Source of the DNA: Candidatus Omnitrophota bacterium | GTDB lineage: Bacteria; Omnitrophota; Omnitrophia; Omnitrophales; Aquincolibacteriaceae | Reading direction: 5' to 3' | NCBI GenBank assembly: GCA_023247055.1 | Contig: JAHFHF010000002.1 | Span: 16,710-80,709 of the forward strand | Length of the DNA stretch: 64,000 bases | Shown here: positions 51,590-64,000 of the stretch, one piece after another | How the letters are laid out: each line of letters begins with the position of its first letter | Numbering within the stretch: the stretch's first letter is position 1 | Position numbers and translations under genes: made by a program | Notes under the pieces: generated by a model | What the model saw: the letters and a program-made list of their open reading frames with translations, nothing else | Told to the model about the DNA's origin: nothing | The model's database searches: none

Positions 51590-54500
51590 TAGGCTTTCTC
51601 CTTTGCTTCTTGCGGCGCTTCCGCTGCTTTTGAAACATCAGGCAGAATTTCCGAAATTTCTTTTTTCATCTGGATTTGGCGGTGCTCCATGAAACCGGTT
51701 CCTGCCGGAATCAAGTGCCCCATGATGACGTTTTCTTTCAAGCCGAGCAGTTCGTCGCGCTTGCCGGCAGAAGCCGCTTCCGTCAAGACGCGCGTTGTTT
51801 CTTGGAAACTCGCGGCTGAAATAAAACTTTCGGTTGTCAGCGATGCCTTAGTAATACCGAGCAGAACCGCCGTCGCTTTTGCCGGCTCCTTACCCTTCTT
51901 GAGCATGGCCGCATTTTCCTGACCGAATTTGATTTTGTCAATGTGTGCGCCGACCAGGAATTCCGTATCGCCCGGATCTTCAATGCGCACTTTGCGCAGC
52001 ATCTGACGCACGATGATTTCCACGTGCTTGTCGTTGATCTTCACGCCCTGAAGCCGGTAAACTTCTTGGACTTCATTGACGAGGTATTCTTGCAAGCTGC
52101 GTTCCCCGGAAACCCGCAGAATATCCTGAGGAACCACGGGGCCGTCCACAAGCTGCTGGCCCGCGACCACCCGGTCACCTTTATAAACGTTCAGGTGTTT
52201 GCCATGCGGGATCAGATATTCTTTTTCCATGCCCGCGGAACTCTTGACCAAGATTTTTCTCTGGCCCTTGACCACATCACCGATCTCGACAATGCCGTCA
52301 ATTTCGGAAATGATCGCTGGGTTTTTGGGTTTGCGGGCTTCAAAAACTTCGGCTACACGCGGCAGACCGCCCGTGATATCGCGGGTTTTAGCAACTTTAC
52401 GCGGCGTTTTGGCAAGCAGAGTACCGCTGGTCACATCCTGACCGTCTTTGACCACAATATGCGCGCCCACCGGAATCGGGTAGAACGCCAGAATTTCTTC
52501 GCTGGCTCCGACAATAAGCAACTGCGGATGGAGTTCTTCGCGGTGATCCACAATCACGCGCTCGACCATACCCGTCGTGGCATTCATTTCTTCGTTCATG
52601 GTCACGCCCGCTTTGATGTCTTCAAAGCGAACCTTACCGGAAAGTTCCGTGAGAATCGGGACCGTATACGGGTCCCATTTCACAAAAATGTCGTCCTTCT
52701 TAACTTCCTGGCCGTCCTTCGTGCTGATGATCGCGCCTGAAGGAATCGTATAACGTTCCAACTCGCGGCCGCTCTGGTCCTGGATCGTCAACTGGCCGTT
52801 ACGATTCAAAACGATAATTTCGTTCTTGGTCGTAACAACAGTTTTCAGATTGTGATACTGCAGAAGGCCGCCGTTTTTGGCACGAAAATAGGATTGTTCA
52901 ACGATGTTGGACGCCGTACCGCCGATGTGAAAGGTCCTCATCGTCAGCTGCGTCCCAGGTTCGCCAATCGACTGGGCAGCGATAATACCGACCGCCGTGC
53001 CAAGTTCGACCATGCGGCCCGTTGAAAGATCGCGGCCATAGCATTTAGCGCAGCAGCCGCGGGTTGATTCACAGGTCAGCACCGAACGGATACGGATTTT
53101 TTCGATTCCAACTTCGTCCAAGCGGTCAGCAATTTTTTCATCGATGACTTCGCCCGACTTGACGATCAACTGATCGGTCACGACGTCGACGACGTTGTCC
53201 AGCGGAACGCGGCCCAAAATGCGGTCGCGCAGCGCCACGATCACTTCTTCGCCTTCGTACATCGGTTCGATAAAGATACCGCTCAAAGTTCCGCAGTCGT
53301 CCTCAGTCACGATCACATCTTGTGAAACGTCGACGAGACGGCGGGTCAAATAACCGGAGTCGGCAGTTTTGAGCGCCGTGTCTGCAAGGCCTTTGCGGGC
53401 TCCGTGCGTCGAGATGAAATACTCAAGCACGGTCAGACCTTCACGGAAATTGGCCGTGATCGGGCTTTCGATAATTTCCCCTGACGGCTTCGCCATCAAA
53501 CCGCGCATACCGGCCAGCTGACGAATCTGCTGTTTGGAACCACGCGCGCCGGAGTCAGCCATCATGAAAATCGGATTAAAAGAATCAAACATCGAAAACA
53601 TGCTGTCGGAAACAAGGTCCGTGACATGGGTCCAGATGTCGATGATTTTGTTGTAGCGTTCACCGGCCGTGATAATACCGTTGCGGTATTGGCTTTCGAT
53701 CGCCTGGACTTCTTTACGCGCATCGGTCAGCAGTTTCTCTTTCGTTGCTGGAATCTGGATATCGTCAATGCCGATGGAAATACCGGCTCGCGTCGCTTCT
53801 TCAAAACCAAGCGCCTTGAGGCGGTCCAACAGCAAGATAACTTCGCTATGACCGAATTGGCGGTAGCACTGGGCAATAATCTTCGCCAGCTTACCCTTGT
53901 CTATAACCTCGTTCACATAGCGGAAACCCTTGGGCAGAACTTGGTTGAATATAATGCGGCCCAGCGTCGTTTCGATGATCGAACCGTCCGCAACGCGCAA
54001 TTTACATTTGGCATGCTTGTGGATCTCTTTATCCTGATATGCAAAAATCGCTTCTTCGGCATCGGCAAAAACTGTTCCTTCGCCCTGCATCTTGTCCGCG
54101 ATTTTGGTGAGGTAGTAGATACCAAGCACGATGTCCTGCGAAGGCGTCGTAATCGGATTGCCGCTGGCAGGCGAGAAAACGTTGTTGGCAGAAAGCATAA
54201 GCACCCAGCATTCCATTTGCGCTTCCATAGACAACGGAACGTGAACGGCCATCTGGTCACCGTCAAAGTCGGCGTTAAACGCAGCGCAGACCAGCGGATG
54301 AATACGGATGGCTTTGCCTTCGATCAAGACAGGCTCGAACGCTTGAATACCGAGACGGTGCAGCGTCGGCGCGCGGTTCAGAAGCACCGGATGCTCCCGG
54401 ATAACTTCTTCAAGAATGTCCCAGACTTCGGGTTTGACGCGCTCGACCATTTTCTTGGCCGAACGGATCGTGTGGACATGGCCGCGTTCTTTGAGCTTGC

Positions 54501-55632
54501 GGATAATGAAAGGTTCAAAAAGTTCCAGCGCCATTTTCTTGGGAAGACCGCATTGGTGCAATTTGAGTTCCGGCCCAATGACGATGACGGAACGGCCGGA
54601 ATAGTCGACGCGTTTACCGAGAAGGTTCTGGCGAAAACGGCCCTGCTTACCTTTGAGCATGTCGCTCAAAGATTTCAGCGGGCGGTTGCCGGAACCGAGC
54701 ACCGGGCGGCCATGGCGGCCGTTGTCAAAAAGAGCATCAACGGCTTCCTGCAGCATGCGCTTTTCATTGCGGATAATGACGTCCGGAGCTTTCAAGTCGA
54801 GCAGTTTCTTCAACCGGTTATTACGGTTGATGACGCGGCGGTAAAGGTCGTTCAAATCGCTGGTGGCAAAACGGCCGCCGTCCAAAGCCACAAGCGGGCG
54901 CAGGTCCGGCGGAATCACCGGGACCACATCCAGAATCATCCATTCAGCCTTATTGCCGGATTTGCGGAAAGCATCCGCAATTTTAAGAATCTTAATCGCG
55001 CGGGCACGGGCCTGCTTCGACTTGGAAGTCTTGACCTGGCGCTGATATTTCGTCGCCATTTTGTCGAGTTCTAATTCTTTTAAAAGATCGCGCACGGCTT
55101 CGGCGCCCATCTTGGCGACAAAACTCGTGGAACCGTATTGCTCCTGGGCCTTGTGATAATCCTCTTCGGTCAAAAGCTGGGATTTTTTAAGCGGCGTTTC
55201 TTTGGGATCAATCACGATATATTCTTCGTAATACAAGACCTTTTCCAAAGCACGTACGCTGATATCCAGCAAATTACCGATGCGCGAAGGCATGGTCTTA
55301 AAAAACCAGATGTGTGAAACCGGCGTCACAAGCGCGATATGCCCCATGCGCTCACGGCGAACGCGTGACTGCGTGACTTCGACGCCGCAGCGGTCGCAGA
55401 CAATGCCCTTATGCTTAATGCGCTTGTACTTTCCACAGCTGCATTCGTAGTCGCGGGTCGGTCCAAAAATTTTCTCACAGAAAAGCCCGTCTTTTTCCGG
55501 CTTCAGCGTGCGGTAGTTAATGGTTTCCGGCTTCTTGACTTCGCCGCGGGATAATTCGTAAATCGACTCGGGAGACGCAATCCGGATGGTTACGGAGTCA
55601 AACATGTTGATGTCATAGTCTATGCTGCTCAT
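51589..55632 (-). CDS. rpoC: DNA-directed RNA polymerase subunit beta'
   Basis: 1347 aa; zinc finger CxxC...C..C; NADFDGD catalytic motif. Confidence 0.97.
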   Translation of the reverse strand: MSSIDYDINMFDSVTIRIASPESIYELSRGEVKKPETINYRTLKPEKDGLFCEKIFGPTRDYECSCGKYKRIKHKGIVCDRCGVEVTQSRVRRERMGHIALVTPVSHIWFFKTMPSRIGNLLDISVRALEKVLYYEEYIVIDPKETPLKKSQLLTEEDYHKAQEQYGSTSFVAKMGAEAVRDLLKELELDKMATKYQRQVKTSKSKQARARAIKILKIADAFRKSGNKAEWMILDVVPVIPPDLRPLVALDGGRFATSDLNDLYRRVINRNNRLKKLLDLKAPDVIIRNEKRMLQEAVDALFDNGRHGRPVLGSGNRPLKSLSDMLKGKQGRFRQNLLGKRVDYSGRSVIVIGPELKLHQCGLPKKMALELFEPFIIRKLKERGHVHTIRSAKKMVERVKPEVWDILEEVIREHPVLLNRAPTLHRLGIQAFEPVLIEGKAIRIHPLVCAAFNADFDGDQMAVHVPLSMEAQMECWVLMLSANNVFSPASGNPITTPSQDIVLGIYYLTKIADKMQGEGTVFADAEEAIFAYQDKEIHKHAKCKLRVADGSIIETTLGRIIFNQVLPKGFRYVNEVIDKGKLAKIIAQCYRQFGHSEVILLLDRLKALGFEEATRAGISIGIDDIQIPATKEKLLTDARKEVQAIESQYRNGIITAGERYNKIIDIWTHVTDLVSDSMFSMFDSFNPIFMMADSGARGSKQQIRQLAGMRGLMAKPSGEIIESPITANFREGLTVLEYFISTHGARKGLADTALKTADSGYLTRRLVDVSQDVIVTEDDCGTLSGIFIEPMYEGEEVIVALRDRILGRVPLDNVVDVVTDQLIVKSGEVIDEKIADRLDEVGIEKIRIRSVLTCESTRGCCAKCYGRDLSTGRMVELGTAVGIIAAQSIGEPGTQLTMRTFHIGGTASNIVEQSYFRAKNGGLLQYHNLKTVVTTKNEIIVLNRNGQLTIQDQSGRELERYTIPSGAIISTKDGQEVKKDDIFVKWDPYTVPILTELSGKVRFEDIKAGVTMNEEMNATTGMVERVIVDHREELHPQLLIVGASEEILAFYPIPVGAHIVVKDGQDVTSGTLLAKTPRKVAKTRDITGGLPRVAEVFEARKPKNPAIISEIDGIVEIGDVVKGQRKILVKSSAGMEKEYLIPHGKHLNVYKGDRVVAGQQLVDGPVVPQDILRVSGERSLQEYLVNEVQEVYRLQGVKINDKHVEIIVRQMLRKVRIEDPGDTEFLVGAHIDKIKFGQENAAMLKKGKEPAKATAVLLGITKASLTTESFISAASFQETTRVLTEAASAGKRDELLGLKENVIMGHLIPAGTGFMEHRQIQMKKEISEILPDVSKAAEAPQEAKEKA

Positions 55633-58600
55633 GCTTGCAATTTCTCCTTGGCTCTTTGTTTGCGTTCTTCAGCGCTGTTCTGCTGCGCATCATTCGTCCG
55701 GGCGGCGAGAAGAGTACGCTCTTTACCCGCCTGTGTTTTTTCCGGCATGATGTTAAGGGCAAGCGCCTGCAGTTCCTTCACAAGCACGTTAAATGATTCG
55801 GGGGTGCCCGCATGCAGCGCCGGCTCTCCCTTGACGATGGCCTCATATACGCGGGTGCGGCCGACCACGTCGTCGCTCTTCACGGTCAAAAGCTCTTGCA
55901 GCGTGAAAGCAGCGCCATAAGCTTCAAGCGCCCACACTTCCATTTCACCGAAACGCTGTCCGCCGAACTGCGCCTTGCCGCCCAAAGGCTGCTGCGTCAC
56001 AAGCGAGTAGGGACCGATGGCTCGGGCATGGATCTTGTCATCCGCCAAATGGGCCAGCTTAAGCATATAGATGTAGCCCACCGTAACGCGCTGGTCAAAT
56101 CTTTCACCCGTACGGCCGTCGTAAAGCTCAGTCTTGCCATCTTCAGGTAGATTTGCTTTGCGTAAATAGTCGCGAATTTCTTCTTCCGTTGCGCCGCTGA
56201 AAACCGGCGTTTCAATTTTGACGCCAAGCGCTTGAGCTGCCCAGCCCAAATGCGTTTCCAAAATCTGTCCGACGTTCATACGCGAGGGCACGCCCAGCGG
56301 ATTGAGAATGATCCCCACGGAGGTTCCATCCGGAAGATACGGCATGTCTTCTTCCGGCAGAATGCGGGCAATCACGCCTTTGTTTCCATGGCGGCCGGCC
56401 ATTTTATCGCCCACGGAGATCTTGCGCTTGGAGCAAATATAAGCCACGACTTTCTTGATGACGCCTGGAGGAAGTTCATCGCCTTTTTTGACGCGCTCGA
56501 CTTCACGCGTTCTTTCGCCGATCAGTTCATCGATTTCATCGCCCCACACACGGGCCACTTTACGAATGCTTTCTTCGACTTCCGGCTCATCTTCGAGGCG
56601 GATAGAATCCCAATCGCACTCTTCGAATTTTTTCAAGTCAGGCTTCGTGATCACCTTACCGGCCTTGATCAAAATCTCGCCCAAGATATCATCAAGCAGA
56701 TCTTCGGCCAATTTTTTGCCCACGATCAAATCTGTGACCTTGTTGATGCGCTCGCGCTTAAGCACGTCGATGCGGTGCTGATAGCGGTCTTTGATTTCGT
56801 TGATGGCTTTATTTTCATCGCGCCGTTCTTCACGCGTCTTAGAGGCTGATTCCTTGCGCGCGAAAACTTTGACGTCGACTACGATCCCTTCCACGCCCGG
56901 CGGCACGGTCAAAGATGCATCGCGCACATCGCCGGCTTTTTCGCCAAAAATCGCGCGCAGCAACTTTTCTTCGGGGGAAAGTTCGGTTTCGGATTTCGGA
57001 GTAATTTTTCCGACCAGAATGTCGCCTGGTTTTACTTCGGCGCCGATGCGGATAATCCCCTCTTCATCCAAATCCTTCAAAGCCTCTTCGCTGACATTCG
57101 GAATATCGCGCGTAATTTCTTCATTGCCCAGCTTCGTGTCGCGCGCTTCGATTTCGAACTCTTCAATGTGCAGGGACGTATACACGTCTTCTTTGCAGAA
57201 TTTCTCACTAACAATGATCGCGTCCTCGAAGTTGTAGCCGCGCCAAGGCATAAAAGCCACAAGCACGTTGCGTCCTAGCGCTAACTCACCTGCGTCTGTT
57301 GCCGTGCCATCTGCAATAATGTCGCCGCGCTTTACTTTATCGCCCAATGCAACCAAAGGACGCTGGTTAATACAAGTGCCGGCATTGGAACGTTCGAATT
57401 TTTTAAGACGGTAACTCAGGTCATCAACAACGATTTCGGTCGAACTGACGGCCGTGACCGCGCCTTTGGCTTTCGCTACAATTGTAGCGCCTGAATCTTT
57501 GGCCACATGGTATTCCATGCCCGTGCCCACATACGGAGATTCCGTAATCATCAAAGGAACGGCTTGGCGCTGCATGTTCGAACCCATGAGCGCACGGTTG
57601 GCGTCGTCATGTTCAAGGAACGGAATCAGCGACGCAGCCACGCTGACCAACTGACGCGGCGAAACGTCCATATAGTCAATTTCCGTAGGTTTCTTTTTGG
57701 GGAAATCACCACGGCAGCGGCACGAAACCAAATCATCGACAAACCGGCCCTTTTCATCCAAACGCGCATTGGCCTGCGCGATAACATACTTGTCTTCCAT
57801 ATCCGCAGTCAGGTAGTCGATCTTGTCCGTGACCTGGCCTTTTTCGACCTTGCGATACGGACTTTCCAAAAAACCGATCGAGTTGACGCGGGCAAAGGTG
57901 CTGAGCGAAGCGATCAAACCAATGTTCGGACCTTCCGGCGTTTCAATTGGGCAGATACGGCCGTAGTGCGAAGGGTGTACGTCGCGCACTTCAAAACCAG
58001 CGCGTTCGCGCGACAAACCACCGGGGCCAAGGGCCGACATACGGCGCTTGTGCGTCAGTTCGGCCAAAGGATTGGTTTGATCCATAAACTGTGAAAGCTG
58101 GCTGCGGCCGAAGAAATCCTTAATCGCCGCCGAAATCAGTTTAGGATTGATCAAGTTGTGCGGCATCGCAGCATCCAGATCGTAAATTGACATTCTTTCT
58201 AGGCAAGAGCGCTTCATACGGGCCAGTCCCACGCGGAACTGATCCTGAAGCAGTTCGCCGACGGAACGGACGCGGCGGTTGCCAAGATGGTCGATATCGT
58301 CAACCTGAAGATCGCCGATACGCAATTTCAGCAGCACCGAAACCACTTGAATTACGTCTTCTTTGCGCAGCGTGGTTTGCTTCAGATCGGCATCAAAACC
58401 CAATTTGCGGTTGAGCATGAACCGGCCGACTTTACCGAGTTCATAGCGCTGGGGATCAAAAAATAATTTGTGGATTAAATCTTTGGCGCTGGCTTCCGTC
58501 GGAGGATCGCCCGGACGCATGCGGCGGTAGATAGCAATCTGGGCATCCAGCGCACTTTGATAAGGGTCGCGCTCAAGCGTGTTAAAAATCGACACGTCAT

Positions 58601-59423
58601 CGACCTTGGCCTTGACCACGGAAATAGAACTAACTTTATTGGACTCGAAAACCTGCAGGGTTTCTTTGGTAATCTTGGATCCCGCGGTCGCAATAGGCTC
58701 TTTGCTTTCCGCATGCAGCACATCCGCTGCCAAATAACGGCCTTCTGTTTTGGCAAAGGAATTTTTACTGATGTCTTCGATTTCAAAAATGTTCTTGAGA
58801 ATATCGGCCGTCGTTGAAAAGCCAATGGCACGAAGGAGGGTCGTGGCCAGGATTTTTCTGCGGCGGTCAATATAGGCATACAGAACATCGTTGATGTCCG
58901 ACTCGAATTCAATCCACGCGCCGCGGTGCGGAATGATGCGAACGCTGAAGATGCGCTTGCCGCTTGCATGCAGGCTCTGCTCGAGCGAAACGCCCGGCGA
59001 ACGGTGCAATTGGCTGACCACCACACGCTCGGCGCCGTTAATAATAAACGTACCCACTTCGGTCATAAGCGGCAGGTCGCCGATATAGACTTCCTGCTCT
59101 TTGACAACGCTGCCGCGCAGCAAGCGGATTTTCACTTTGAGCGGCGCTGCATACGTCATCCCGCGCTTGTGGCATTCGGGAATGGAGTACTTGGGTTTAC
59201 CGAGCGAATAGCTGTCGTACTCAAGACGGCAAGAACCGTCAAAACTCTCAATAGGAAAACAATCCTGAAAAACTGCTTCAAGCCCCTGCCTTTTACGGCG
59301 GCGCTGGGAACGATCTGTCTGAAGAAATTCTTCATAGGACCGGACCTGAATTTCCACGAGATTCGGCATTTCCATCGTGTCGCGGATTTTCGTCAGGCTT
59401 TTACGGGTTCTTACAGGAATCAT
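55629..59423 (-). CDS. rpoB: DNA-directed RNA polymerase subunit beta
   Basis: About 1264 aa; start taken at the ATG at 59423 (MIPVRTRK), preceded by GGGAGG; the stop overlaps the rpoC start (ATGA). Confidence 0.96.
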   Translation of the reverse strand: MIPVRTRKSLTKIRDTMEMPNLVEIQVRSYEEFLQTDRSQRRRKRQGLEAVFQDCFPIESFDGSCRLEYDSYSLGKPKYSIPECHKRGMTYAAPLKVKIRLLRGSVVKEQEVYIGDLPLMTEVGTFIINGAERVVVSQLHRSPGVSLEQSLHASGKRIFSVRIIPHRGAWIEFESDINDVLYAYIDRRRKILATTLLRAIGFSTTADILKNIFEIEDISKNSFAKTEGRYLAADVLHAESKEPIATAGSKITKETLQVFESNKVSSISVVKAKVDDVSIFNTLERDPYQSALDAQIAIYRRMRPGDPPTEASAKDLIHKLFFDPQRYELGKVGRFMLNRKLGFDADLKQTTLRKEDVIQVVSVLLKLRIGDLQVDDIDHLGNRRVRSVGELLQDQFRVGLARMKRSCLERMSIYDLDAAMPHNLINPKLISAAIKDFFGRSQLSQFMDQTNPLAELTHKRRMSALGPGGLSRERAGFEVRDVHPSHYGRICPIETPEGPNIGLIASLSTFARVNSIGFLESPYRKVEKGQVTDKIDYLTADMEDKYVIAQANARLDEKGRFVDDLVSCRCRGDFPKKKPTEIDYMDVSPRQLVSVAASLIPFLEHDDANRALMGSNMQRQAVPLMITESPYVGTGMEYHVAKDSGATIVAKAKGAVTAVSSTEIVVDDLSYRLKKFERSNAGTCINQRPLVALGDKVKRGDIIADGTATDAGELALGRNVLVAFMPWRGYNFEDAIIVSEKFCKEDVYTSLHIEEFEIEARDTKLGNEEITRDIPNVSEEALKDLDEEGIIRIGAEVKPGDILVGKITPKSETELSPEEKLLRAIFGEKAGDVRDASLTVPPGVEGIVVDVKVFARKESASKTREERRDENKAINEIKDRYQHRIDVLKRERINKVTDLIVGKKLAEDLLDDILGEILIKAGKVITKPDLKKFEECDWDSIRLEDEPEVEESIRKVARVWGDEIDELIGERTREVERVKKGDELPPGVIKKVVAYICSKRKISVGDKMAGRHGNKGVIARILPEEDMPYLPDGTSVGIILNPLGVPSRMNVGQILETHLGWAAQALGVKIETPVFSGATEEEIRDYLRKANLPEDGKTELYDGRTGERFDQRVTVGYIYMLKLAHLADDKIHARAIGPYSLVTQQPLGGKAQFGGQRFGEMEVWALEAYGAAFTLQELLTVKSDDVVGRTRVYEAIVKGEPALHAGTPESFNVLVKELQALALNIMPEKTQAGKERTLLAARTNDAQQNSAEERKQRAKEKLQA

Positions 59424-59504
59424 AGGCCAATTGCCTCCCATTAATCGTTCTGAACTATCGCAACAAAGGGTCTTGAATACCCTTCGTAATACTCTTCAAA
59501 TACT

Positions 59505-59628
59505 TATCATTCTCGCCTCGGCATGGAAGCCGAGACTATCATGCTCAGCGCTGTTTGCTCCGTGTCATTCCCGCATGCTTTAGGCGGGAATCTAACTCGC
59601 TAGATCCCCGCCAAAAACATGCGGGGAT
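59505..59628. repeat. Degenerate type-1 unit, the terminal hairpin, and an inverted related hairpin, in the rplL-rpoB spacer
   Basis: tatcattctcgcctcggcatggaagccgagactatcatgc...; hairpin 59563-59592; second hairpin atccccgc-caaaaacat-gcggggat at 59603-59628. Confidence 0.65.
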
Positions 59629-59658
59629 AACCATCAAACTACTACCGCAATTTGATGG

Positions 59659-60081
59659 TTACTTGATCTCGACTTTAGCGCCCTGCTCTTCGAGAATTTT
59701 CTTGATCTTGTCAGCTTCTTCTTTGGTGACGCCTTGCTTGACCATCTTCGGCGCGCCCTCAACCAAGTCTTTGGCTTCTTTCAAGCCCAAGTTGGTGACG
59801 GCACGAATCTCTTTAATCACCTGGATCTTCTTGTCACCGGCACTGGCTAAAATAACATCAAAGGCCGTCTTTTCTTCGACGGCTGCCGCACCGCCTGCTG
59901 CACCGCCGCCTGCGGGCGCTGCAACGGCCACGGCCGCCGCTGCTGAAACACCAAAACGCTCTTCAAGCGCTTTGACCAGTTCGGCTAATTCCAGAACCGT
60001 CAATTCTTCGATCGTTTTCAAAACTCCCTGAAGCTTGGCCGAAAGACTTTTGCCCGCTTCCACTGCTGTTTCGTTTGACAT
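59659..60081 (-). CDS. rplL: 50S ribosomal protein L7/L12
   Basis: Start at MSNETAV (ATG 60081) with RBS AAGGAGGG; Ala/Gly hinge; conserved CTD. Confidence 0.93.
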   Translation of the reverse strand: MSNETAVEAGKSLSAKLQGVLKTIEELTVLELAELVKALEERFGVSAAAAVAVAAPAGGGAAGGAAAVEEKTAFDVILASAGDKKIQVIKEIRAVTNLGLKEAKDLVEGAPKMVKQGVTKEEADKIKKILEEQGAKVEIK

Positions 60082-60136
60082 GTTACCCTCCTTGAAATTT
60101 ACTAAATAACCGGAATTGAATTTTCCGGAACTGTTT

Positions 60137-60673
60137 TTAAGATGCCGCGCCTTCTTTTTTCTTTTTGATTTCATTCAGCGCTACGGCAAACCCTCTCAAT
60201 ACTTGGTTGAGAGTCATGACAAATCCCGAAATCGGGGACTTCATACGGACGACCACTTGCGTCAAGAGTTCTTGCCGGGACGGCAGCAAAGCCAGCGACT
60301 TGATGAACTGCTGGTCATAGAGTTTCTTTTCAAATACAACGGCACGGGGCACAAATTTTTCGTTTTTCTTGGCGAAATCAACAATGGCTTTAGAAATGGT
60401 TTGCGGCGCACCTTCGCCAAACGTAATCAGGACATGCCCTTTGAGATAAGAATCAATTTCACCTAAAGACAAATTCGCGAATGCTTTGCGGGCTAGCGTG
60501 TGCTTGACGACCAACGACCGCGTAGAAACCTTGCCCAGCGAACGGCGCAATTCAGCCAAAGCTTCCAATGGAAAATTCTCAAAGTTAGAAATGAACGCAT
60601 ACGGGCTTCCTGTCAGCTCGCGCTCGATTTCCCTCAACATGATTTCTTTGACCGGCGATACAGCAGTTCTCAT
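60137..60673 (-). CDS. rplJ: 50S ribosomal protein L10
   Basis: Start at MRTAVSP (ATG 60673), only 7 nt after the rplA stop. Confidence 0.88.
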   Translation of the reverse strand: MRTAVSPVKEIMLREIERELTGSPYAFISNFENFPLEALAELRRSLGKVSTRSLVVKHTLARKAFANLSLGEIDSYLKGHVLITFGEGAPQTISKAIVDFAKKNEKFVPRAVVFEKKLYDQQFIKSLALLPSRQELLTQVVVRMKSPISGFVMTLNQVLRGFAVALNEIKKKKEGAAS

Positions 60674-60680
60674 GACAACC

Positions 60681-61373
60681 TCACAACAGGGACGGGGCCA
60701 GCGGAACACCCGGGCCTTGCGTCGGCGCAATCGTTACTTTTCTGAGAAAATCACCTTTACTAGACGCAGGCTTGGCATCCCGGACCGCTTTGATAACGAC
60801 CCGCGCATTTTCCAGCAGCGCACTTTCTGAAAATGAAATTTTTCCGCAGACCGCATGCAGGCCGCCGGTCTTATCCGTTTTGAACTCAATGCGGCCGGCT
60901 TTCAATTCTTTCACCGCGCGCCCGATATTCGGCGTCACAGTCCCCGTCTTAGGCGACGGCATCAGGCCTTTAGGGCCCAAAACGCGGCCAAGTTTACTGA
61001 CTTCACGCATCATGTCCGGATGGGCCACCAGCGCATCAAAATCAAGCCAGCCGCCCTGGATTTTCGCGACCAAATCTTCAGCACCGACGGCTTCTGCGCC
61101 TTCGGCTTCCGCTTCACGCGCGCCTTCTCCTTTGCAAATACAGACCACACGAAGTTTTTTTCCGCTGCCATGCGGCAGGCTGACCGTGCCACGGATCATC
61201 TGATCGCTCTGGTCCGCTTTGATACCCAGCTGAAAATTAATCGAAATGGTCTCATCGAACTTATTGCCCTTGACCTGCTTGATGGCCTTGAGGGCGTCTT
61301 CCAAACTATAGGACTTGGAAGAATCCACCAACTTCTTGCGATCCTGCATGCGTTTGCTGATTTTACTGTTCAT
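60681..61373 (-). CDS. rplA: 50S ribosomal protein L1
   Basis: Start at MNSKISK (ATG 61373); about 230 aa. Confidence 0.9.
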   Translation of the reverse strand: MNSKISKRMQDRKKLVDSSKSYSLEDALKAIKQVKGNKFDETISINFQLGIKADQSDQMIRGTVSLPHGSGKKLRVVCICKGEGAREAEAEGAEAVGAEDLVAKIQGGWLDFDALVAHPDMMREVSKLGRVLGPKGLMPSPKTGTVTPNIGRAVKELKAGRIEFKTDKTGGLHAVCGKISFSESALLENARVVIKAVRDAKPASSKGDFLRKVTIAPTQGPGVPLAPSLL

Positions 61374-61383
61374 AATTTTGTCC

Positions 61384-61809
61384 TTACCCAACCACTTCAA
61401 GACCCATGCTGCGCGCGGTTCCTTCAACGATCTTGATGGCCGCATCCAACTTGAGCGTGTTCATGTCTTCCATTTTTCCGCGAGCGATGTCACGCACTTG
61501 ATCACGGGTGACTTTTCCAATAATGTGCCGGCCCGGCTCTGATGAAGCTTTGGCAAGTCCAGCCGCTTTTTTAAGTACGCTGGCCACGGGCGGGGACTTT
61601 AAAATAAACGTGAACGATTTATCCTTGTAGACGGTCAGCACGACCGGAAGTGTTTCACCAGCACGGGCCTTGGTGCGCTCATTGAACTGCTTGCAAAATT
61701 CCATGATGTTAACGCCGTGTTGACCAAGCGCCGGACCGATCGGAGGTGCCGGATTGGCCTGCCCTGCGGAAATTTGCAATTTAATGCGCGTTTGAATTTC
61801 TTTTGCCAT
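61384..61809 (-). CDS. rplK: 50S ribosomal protein L11
   Basis: 141 aa; conserved [17 protein letters not shown]. Confidence 0.95.
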   Translation of the reverse strand: MAKEIQTRIKLQISAGQANPAPPIGPALGQHGVNIMEFCKQFNERTKARAGETLPVVLTVYKDKSFTFILKSPPVASVLKKAAGLAKASSEPGRHIIGKVTRDQVRDIARGKMEDMNTLKLDAAIKIVEGTARSMGLEVVG

Positions 61810-61837
61810 AGCTGCTTTTCCTTAAAATTTTAAGCCC

Positions 61838-61919
61838 TGTCATCCCGAATCCGCCGAAGTTTTAGCGGCGGGTGAAGGATCTCAACCCTGAGATTCTTCG
61901 CTTCGCTCAGAACGACAAA
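61838..61919. repeat. Type-3 repeat (second copy, opposite orientation) in the nusG-rplK spacer
   Basis: tgtcatcccgaa...gtgaaggatctcaaccctgagattcttcgc...tcagaacgacaaa; the termini are inverted relative to the 31494 copy. Confidence 0.65.
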
Positions 61920-61925
61920 TTAAAA

Positions 61926-62474
61926 TTATATTTTTTCCACTTGCCAGTACTCGAGTTCAACCGGCGTGGAACGTCCAAAAATAGTGACCATGACTTTGAG
62001 TTTGCCGCGGTCAGGATTAATTTCTTCAATCGTGCCGTTGAAGTTCGCGAAAGCGCCTTCTTTAACGCGCACATTCTCACCAATGGAAAACTCGACTTTC
62101 GGCTTGGGCTTCGTCGTTTTTTCTTCCTGCTGATTCAGAATCTGCGAGACATCCTGATCAGAAAGCGGAATCGGATTTTTTCCCGAACCGACGAATCCGG
62201 AAATGCCCGGCGTGTTTTTGACCAGATACCAGCTGTCATCCGTCAGATCCATCTGCACCAGAATGTACCCGGGGAAAAACTTACGTTCTGAAATTCTTTT
62301 TTTGCCGGAGCGCACTTCGCTGACCTTCTCCGTCGGCACCAGCACTTGGTGAATCAAATGCTTCATGCCGGCCAGTTCAGCCCGGCTTTCCAAATTTGCT
62401 TTCACCCGCGACTCAATGCCCGTCTGAGTGTGAATCACATACCATTTGTGGTCAGTCATTTGCATATCATCCAA
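61926..62474 (-). CDS. nusG: Transcription termination/antitermination factor NusG
   Basis: NGN domain (KWYVIHTQTG) plus KOW; the start may be one of the ATGs between 62459 and 62474. Confidence 0.92.
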   Translation of the reverse strand: MDDMQMTDHKWYVIHTQTGIESRVKANLESRAELAGMKHLIHQVLVPTEKVSEVRSGKKRISERKFFPGYILVQMDLTDDSWYLVKNTPGISGFVGSGKNPIPLSDQDVSQILNQQEEKTTKPKPKVEFSIGENVRVKEGAFANFNGTIEEINPDRGKLKVMVTIFGRSTPVELEYWQVEKI

Positions 62475-62652
62475 TCAAAAGGCGCATGATAATGGAGAGT
62501 ACAGAATCCACCGCGCCGATAAAAACCGCTAAAATACCCGTCGTAATAATGACAACGGCTGTGGCCTGCCAAAGTTCTTCGCGCGTGGGCCAGGTGACCT
62601 TGTTGAGTTCCTGCTTTGTTTCTTTAAAAAAATTTCCTACGCCACCCAACAT
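62467..62652 (-). CDS. secE: Preprotein translocase subunit SecE
   Basis: 61 aa; single TM. Confidence 0.88.
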   Translation of the reverse strand: MLGGVGNFFKETKQELNKVTWPTREELWQATAVVIITTGILAVFIGAVDSVLSIIMRLLIG

Positions 62653-62671
62653 GCTCTCCGTCCTTTGTTAA

Positions 62672-62749
62672 TGGCAGGCCTGGCAGGATTCGAACCTGCA
62701 ACATGCGGTTTTGGAGACCGCCGCTCTAGCCAGTTGGAGCTACAGGCCT
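62672..62749 (-). tRNA. tRNA-Trp (anticodon CCA)
   Basis: Minus-strand AGGCCTGTAGCTC...GGTCTCCAAAACCGC...GCAGGTTCGAATCCTGCCAGGCCTGCCA; cloverleaf with loop CTCCAAA. Confidence 0.85.
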
Positions 62750-62763
62750 CCGCCAGCGTCCTG

Positions 62764-62913
62764 CTACTTTTGTTCTTTATGCGGTGTATGCTTGCGGCAA
62801 AACCGGCAATATTTTTTCAGTTCAAGCCGATCCGGCGTATTCTTCTTGTTCTTACGCGACGAATAGGTTTTGCGCTTACAATCGAGACACGCGAGGATAA
62901 TAATGTCCCTCAT
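62764..62913 (-). CDS. rpmG: 50S ribosomal protein L33
   Basis: [49 protein letters not shown]; four Cys in a zinc ribbon; below the size cutoff of the ORF track. Confidence 0.88.
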   Translation of the reverse strand: MRDIIILACLDCKRKTYSSRKNKKNTPDRLELKKYCRFCRKHTPHKEQK

Positions 62914-63017
62914 AAAACGTCACTTCCTTAACATGCAATTTAGATAGTCCAGGCTTCTTGCAATACACAAAGCCTGGAAAGCTCGCCAGGGAGATTTAAC
63001 TCGGACAGGGCTCGCTG

Positions 63018-64000
63018 CTACTGGATAATCTGGTTGACGACACCGGCACCCACGGTTTTACCGCCTTCGCGGATGGCAAAACGGAGCTCTTTTTCCATAG
63101 CAATCGGCGCAATGAGCTCTGCTTCAACTTCCACGTTGTCACCAGGCATCACCATTTCGGTGCCTGCGGGCAGCTTCACGACTCCGGTCACGTCGGTCGT
63201 GCGGAAATAAAACTGAGGACGATACCCATTGAAGAAAGCCGTATGACGGCCGCCTTCTTCTTTGCTCAAGATGTAAACCTGCGCTTTAAACTTGGTGTGC
63301 GGAGTGACGCTGCCCGGGGCAGCGATAACCATACCGCGCTCAAGCTGATTTTTTTCAACGCCGCGCAGCAGAAGTCCGACGTTATCGCCTGCCCGGCCGT
63401 CATCCAGCAGCTTACGGAACATTTCTACGCCCGTGACTGTTGACTTCAGCGGCAGTTTTTGAAAACCAACCACTTCGACTTCCTGGCCAACCTTAATAAT
63501 ACCGCGCTCAATACGGCCGGTAGCAACCGTTCCACGGCCGGAAATTGAGAACACGTCTTCGATAGGCATAAGAAAAGGCTTATCGATATCGCGCTTCGGT
63601 TCCGGAATGCTTTCATCCAGCGCCTTGAGCAAATTCATGATCGGCTCAATTGCTTTGGGATCCGTCGGATTGGTGGCTGCCGCTAATCCTGAACCGCGAA
63701 TGATCGGAATCGTATCGCCGGGGAAATCATACTTCTTCAGAAGATCGCGCACTTCGAGCTCAACGAGATCGAGAAGTTCTTTGTCTTCCACGGCATCCAC
63801 CTTATTCAGGAAGACGACGATCGCCGGCACGCCAACCTGGCGGGCAAGCAAAATGTGTTCGCGCGTCTGAGGCATAGGGCCGTCAAGCGCCGACACAACG
63901 AGGATAGCGCCGTCCATCTGTGCCGCACCCGTGATCATGTTCTTAATATAGTCCGCATGTCCCGGGCAGTCCACGTGAGCATAGTGGCGTTTGTCGGAAC
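63018..64000 (-). CDS. tuf: Elongation factor Tu (N-terminus beyond the window end)
   Basis: [28 protein letters not shown]...; the frame continues past 64000. Confidence 0.95.
   Translation of the reverse strand, partial: SDKRHYAHVDCPGHADYIKNMITGAAQMDGAILVVSALDGPMPQTREHILLARQVGVPAIVVFLNKVDAVEDKELLDLVELEVRDLLKKYDFPGDTIPIIRGSGLAAATNPTDPKAIEPIMNLLKALDESIPEPKRDIDKPFLMPIEDVFSISGRGTVATGRIERGIIKVGQEVEVVGFQKLPLKSTVTGVEMFRKLLDDGRAGDNVGLLLRGVEKNQLERGMVIAAPGSVTPHTKFKAQVYILSKEEGGRHTAFFNGYRPQFYFRTTDVTGVVKLPAGTEMVMPGDNVEVEAELIAPIAMEKELRFAIREGGKTVGAGVVNQIIQ

Noticed and set aside
51589-59441. There are many antisense or alternative-frame ORFs of 60-480 aa inside rpoB and rpoC (for example 53626-55074+, 51943-52740+, 56232-56849+).
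   Set aside because: They lie entirely within highly conserved RNAP coding sequence on the opposite strand and have no motifs. They are typical GC-rich antisense ORF artefacts.

Overview
This 64-kb window looks like part of the chromosome of an uncultivated Gram-negative bacterium with roughly 55% GC; I cannot name the lineage. It has three parts.

(1) Positions 1-9100 hold accessory and housekeeping genes: efp, two paralogous acyl-CoA desaturases, dps, a methyltransferase/flavoprotein pair, small unknown proteins and an APC permease.

(2) Positions 9100-32800 contain an initiator tRNA-Met interrupted by a group I intron, a two-component/c-di-GMP signalling cluster, eno-ftsB, purN, rsmI, ispB, sixA, radC, mutL, mutS, the ksgA-pdxA-surA cluster, a short mfd and aspC.

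(3) Positions 32887-64000 are one uninterrupted minus-strand ribosomal-protein/RNA-polymerase super-operon (tuf, rpmG, tRNA-Trp, secE, nusG, rplKAJL, rpoBC, rpsLG, fusA, then the S10-spc-alpha genes through rplQ).

The most unusual features are:
- A group I (IC3-like) intron of about 226 nt in the anticodon loop of tRNA-fMet.
- A family of small palindromic repeats, all with a TTTGTCAT-type terminus, at ten or more loci. One pair of copies sits in-frame inside the polyprenyl synthase gene, and one copy supplies the last 10 codons of a 644-aa mfd.
- A single in-frame TAA at a conserved Glu codon of fusA.

I found no CRISPR array, reverse transcriptase, or recognisable toxin or defence genes. 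All calls come from reading the sequence and recognising protein motifs; no searches were run.
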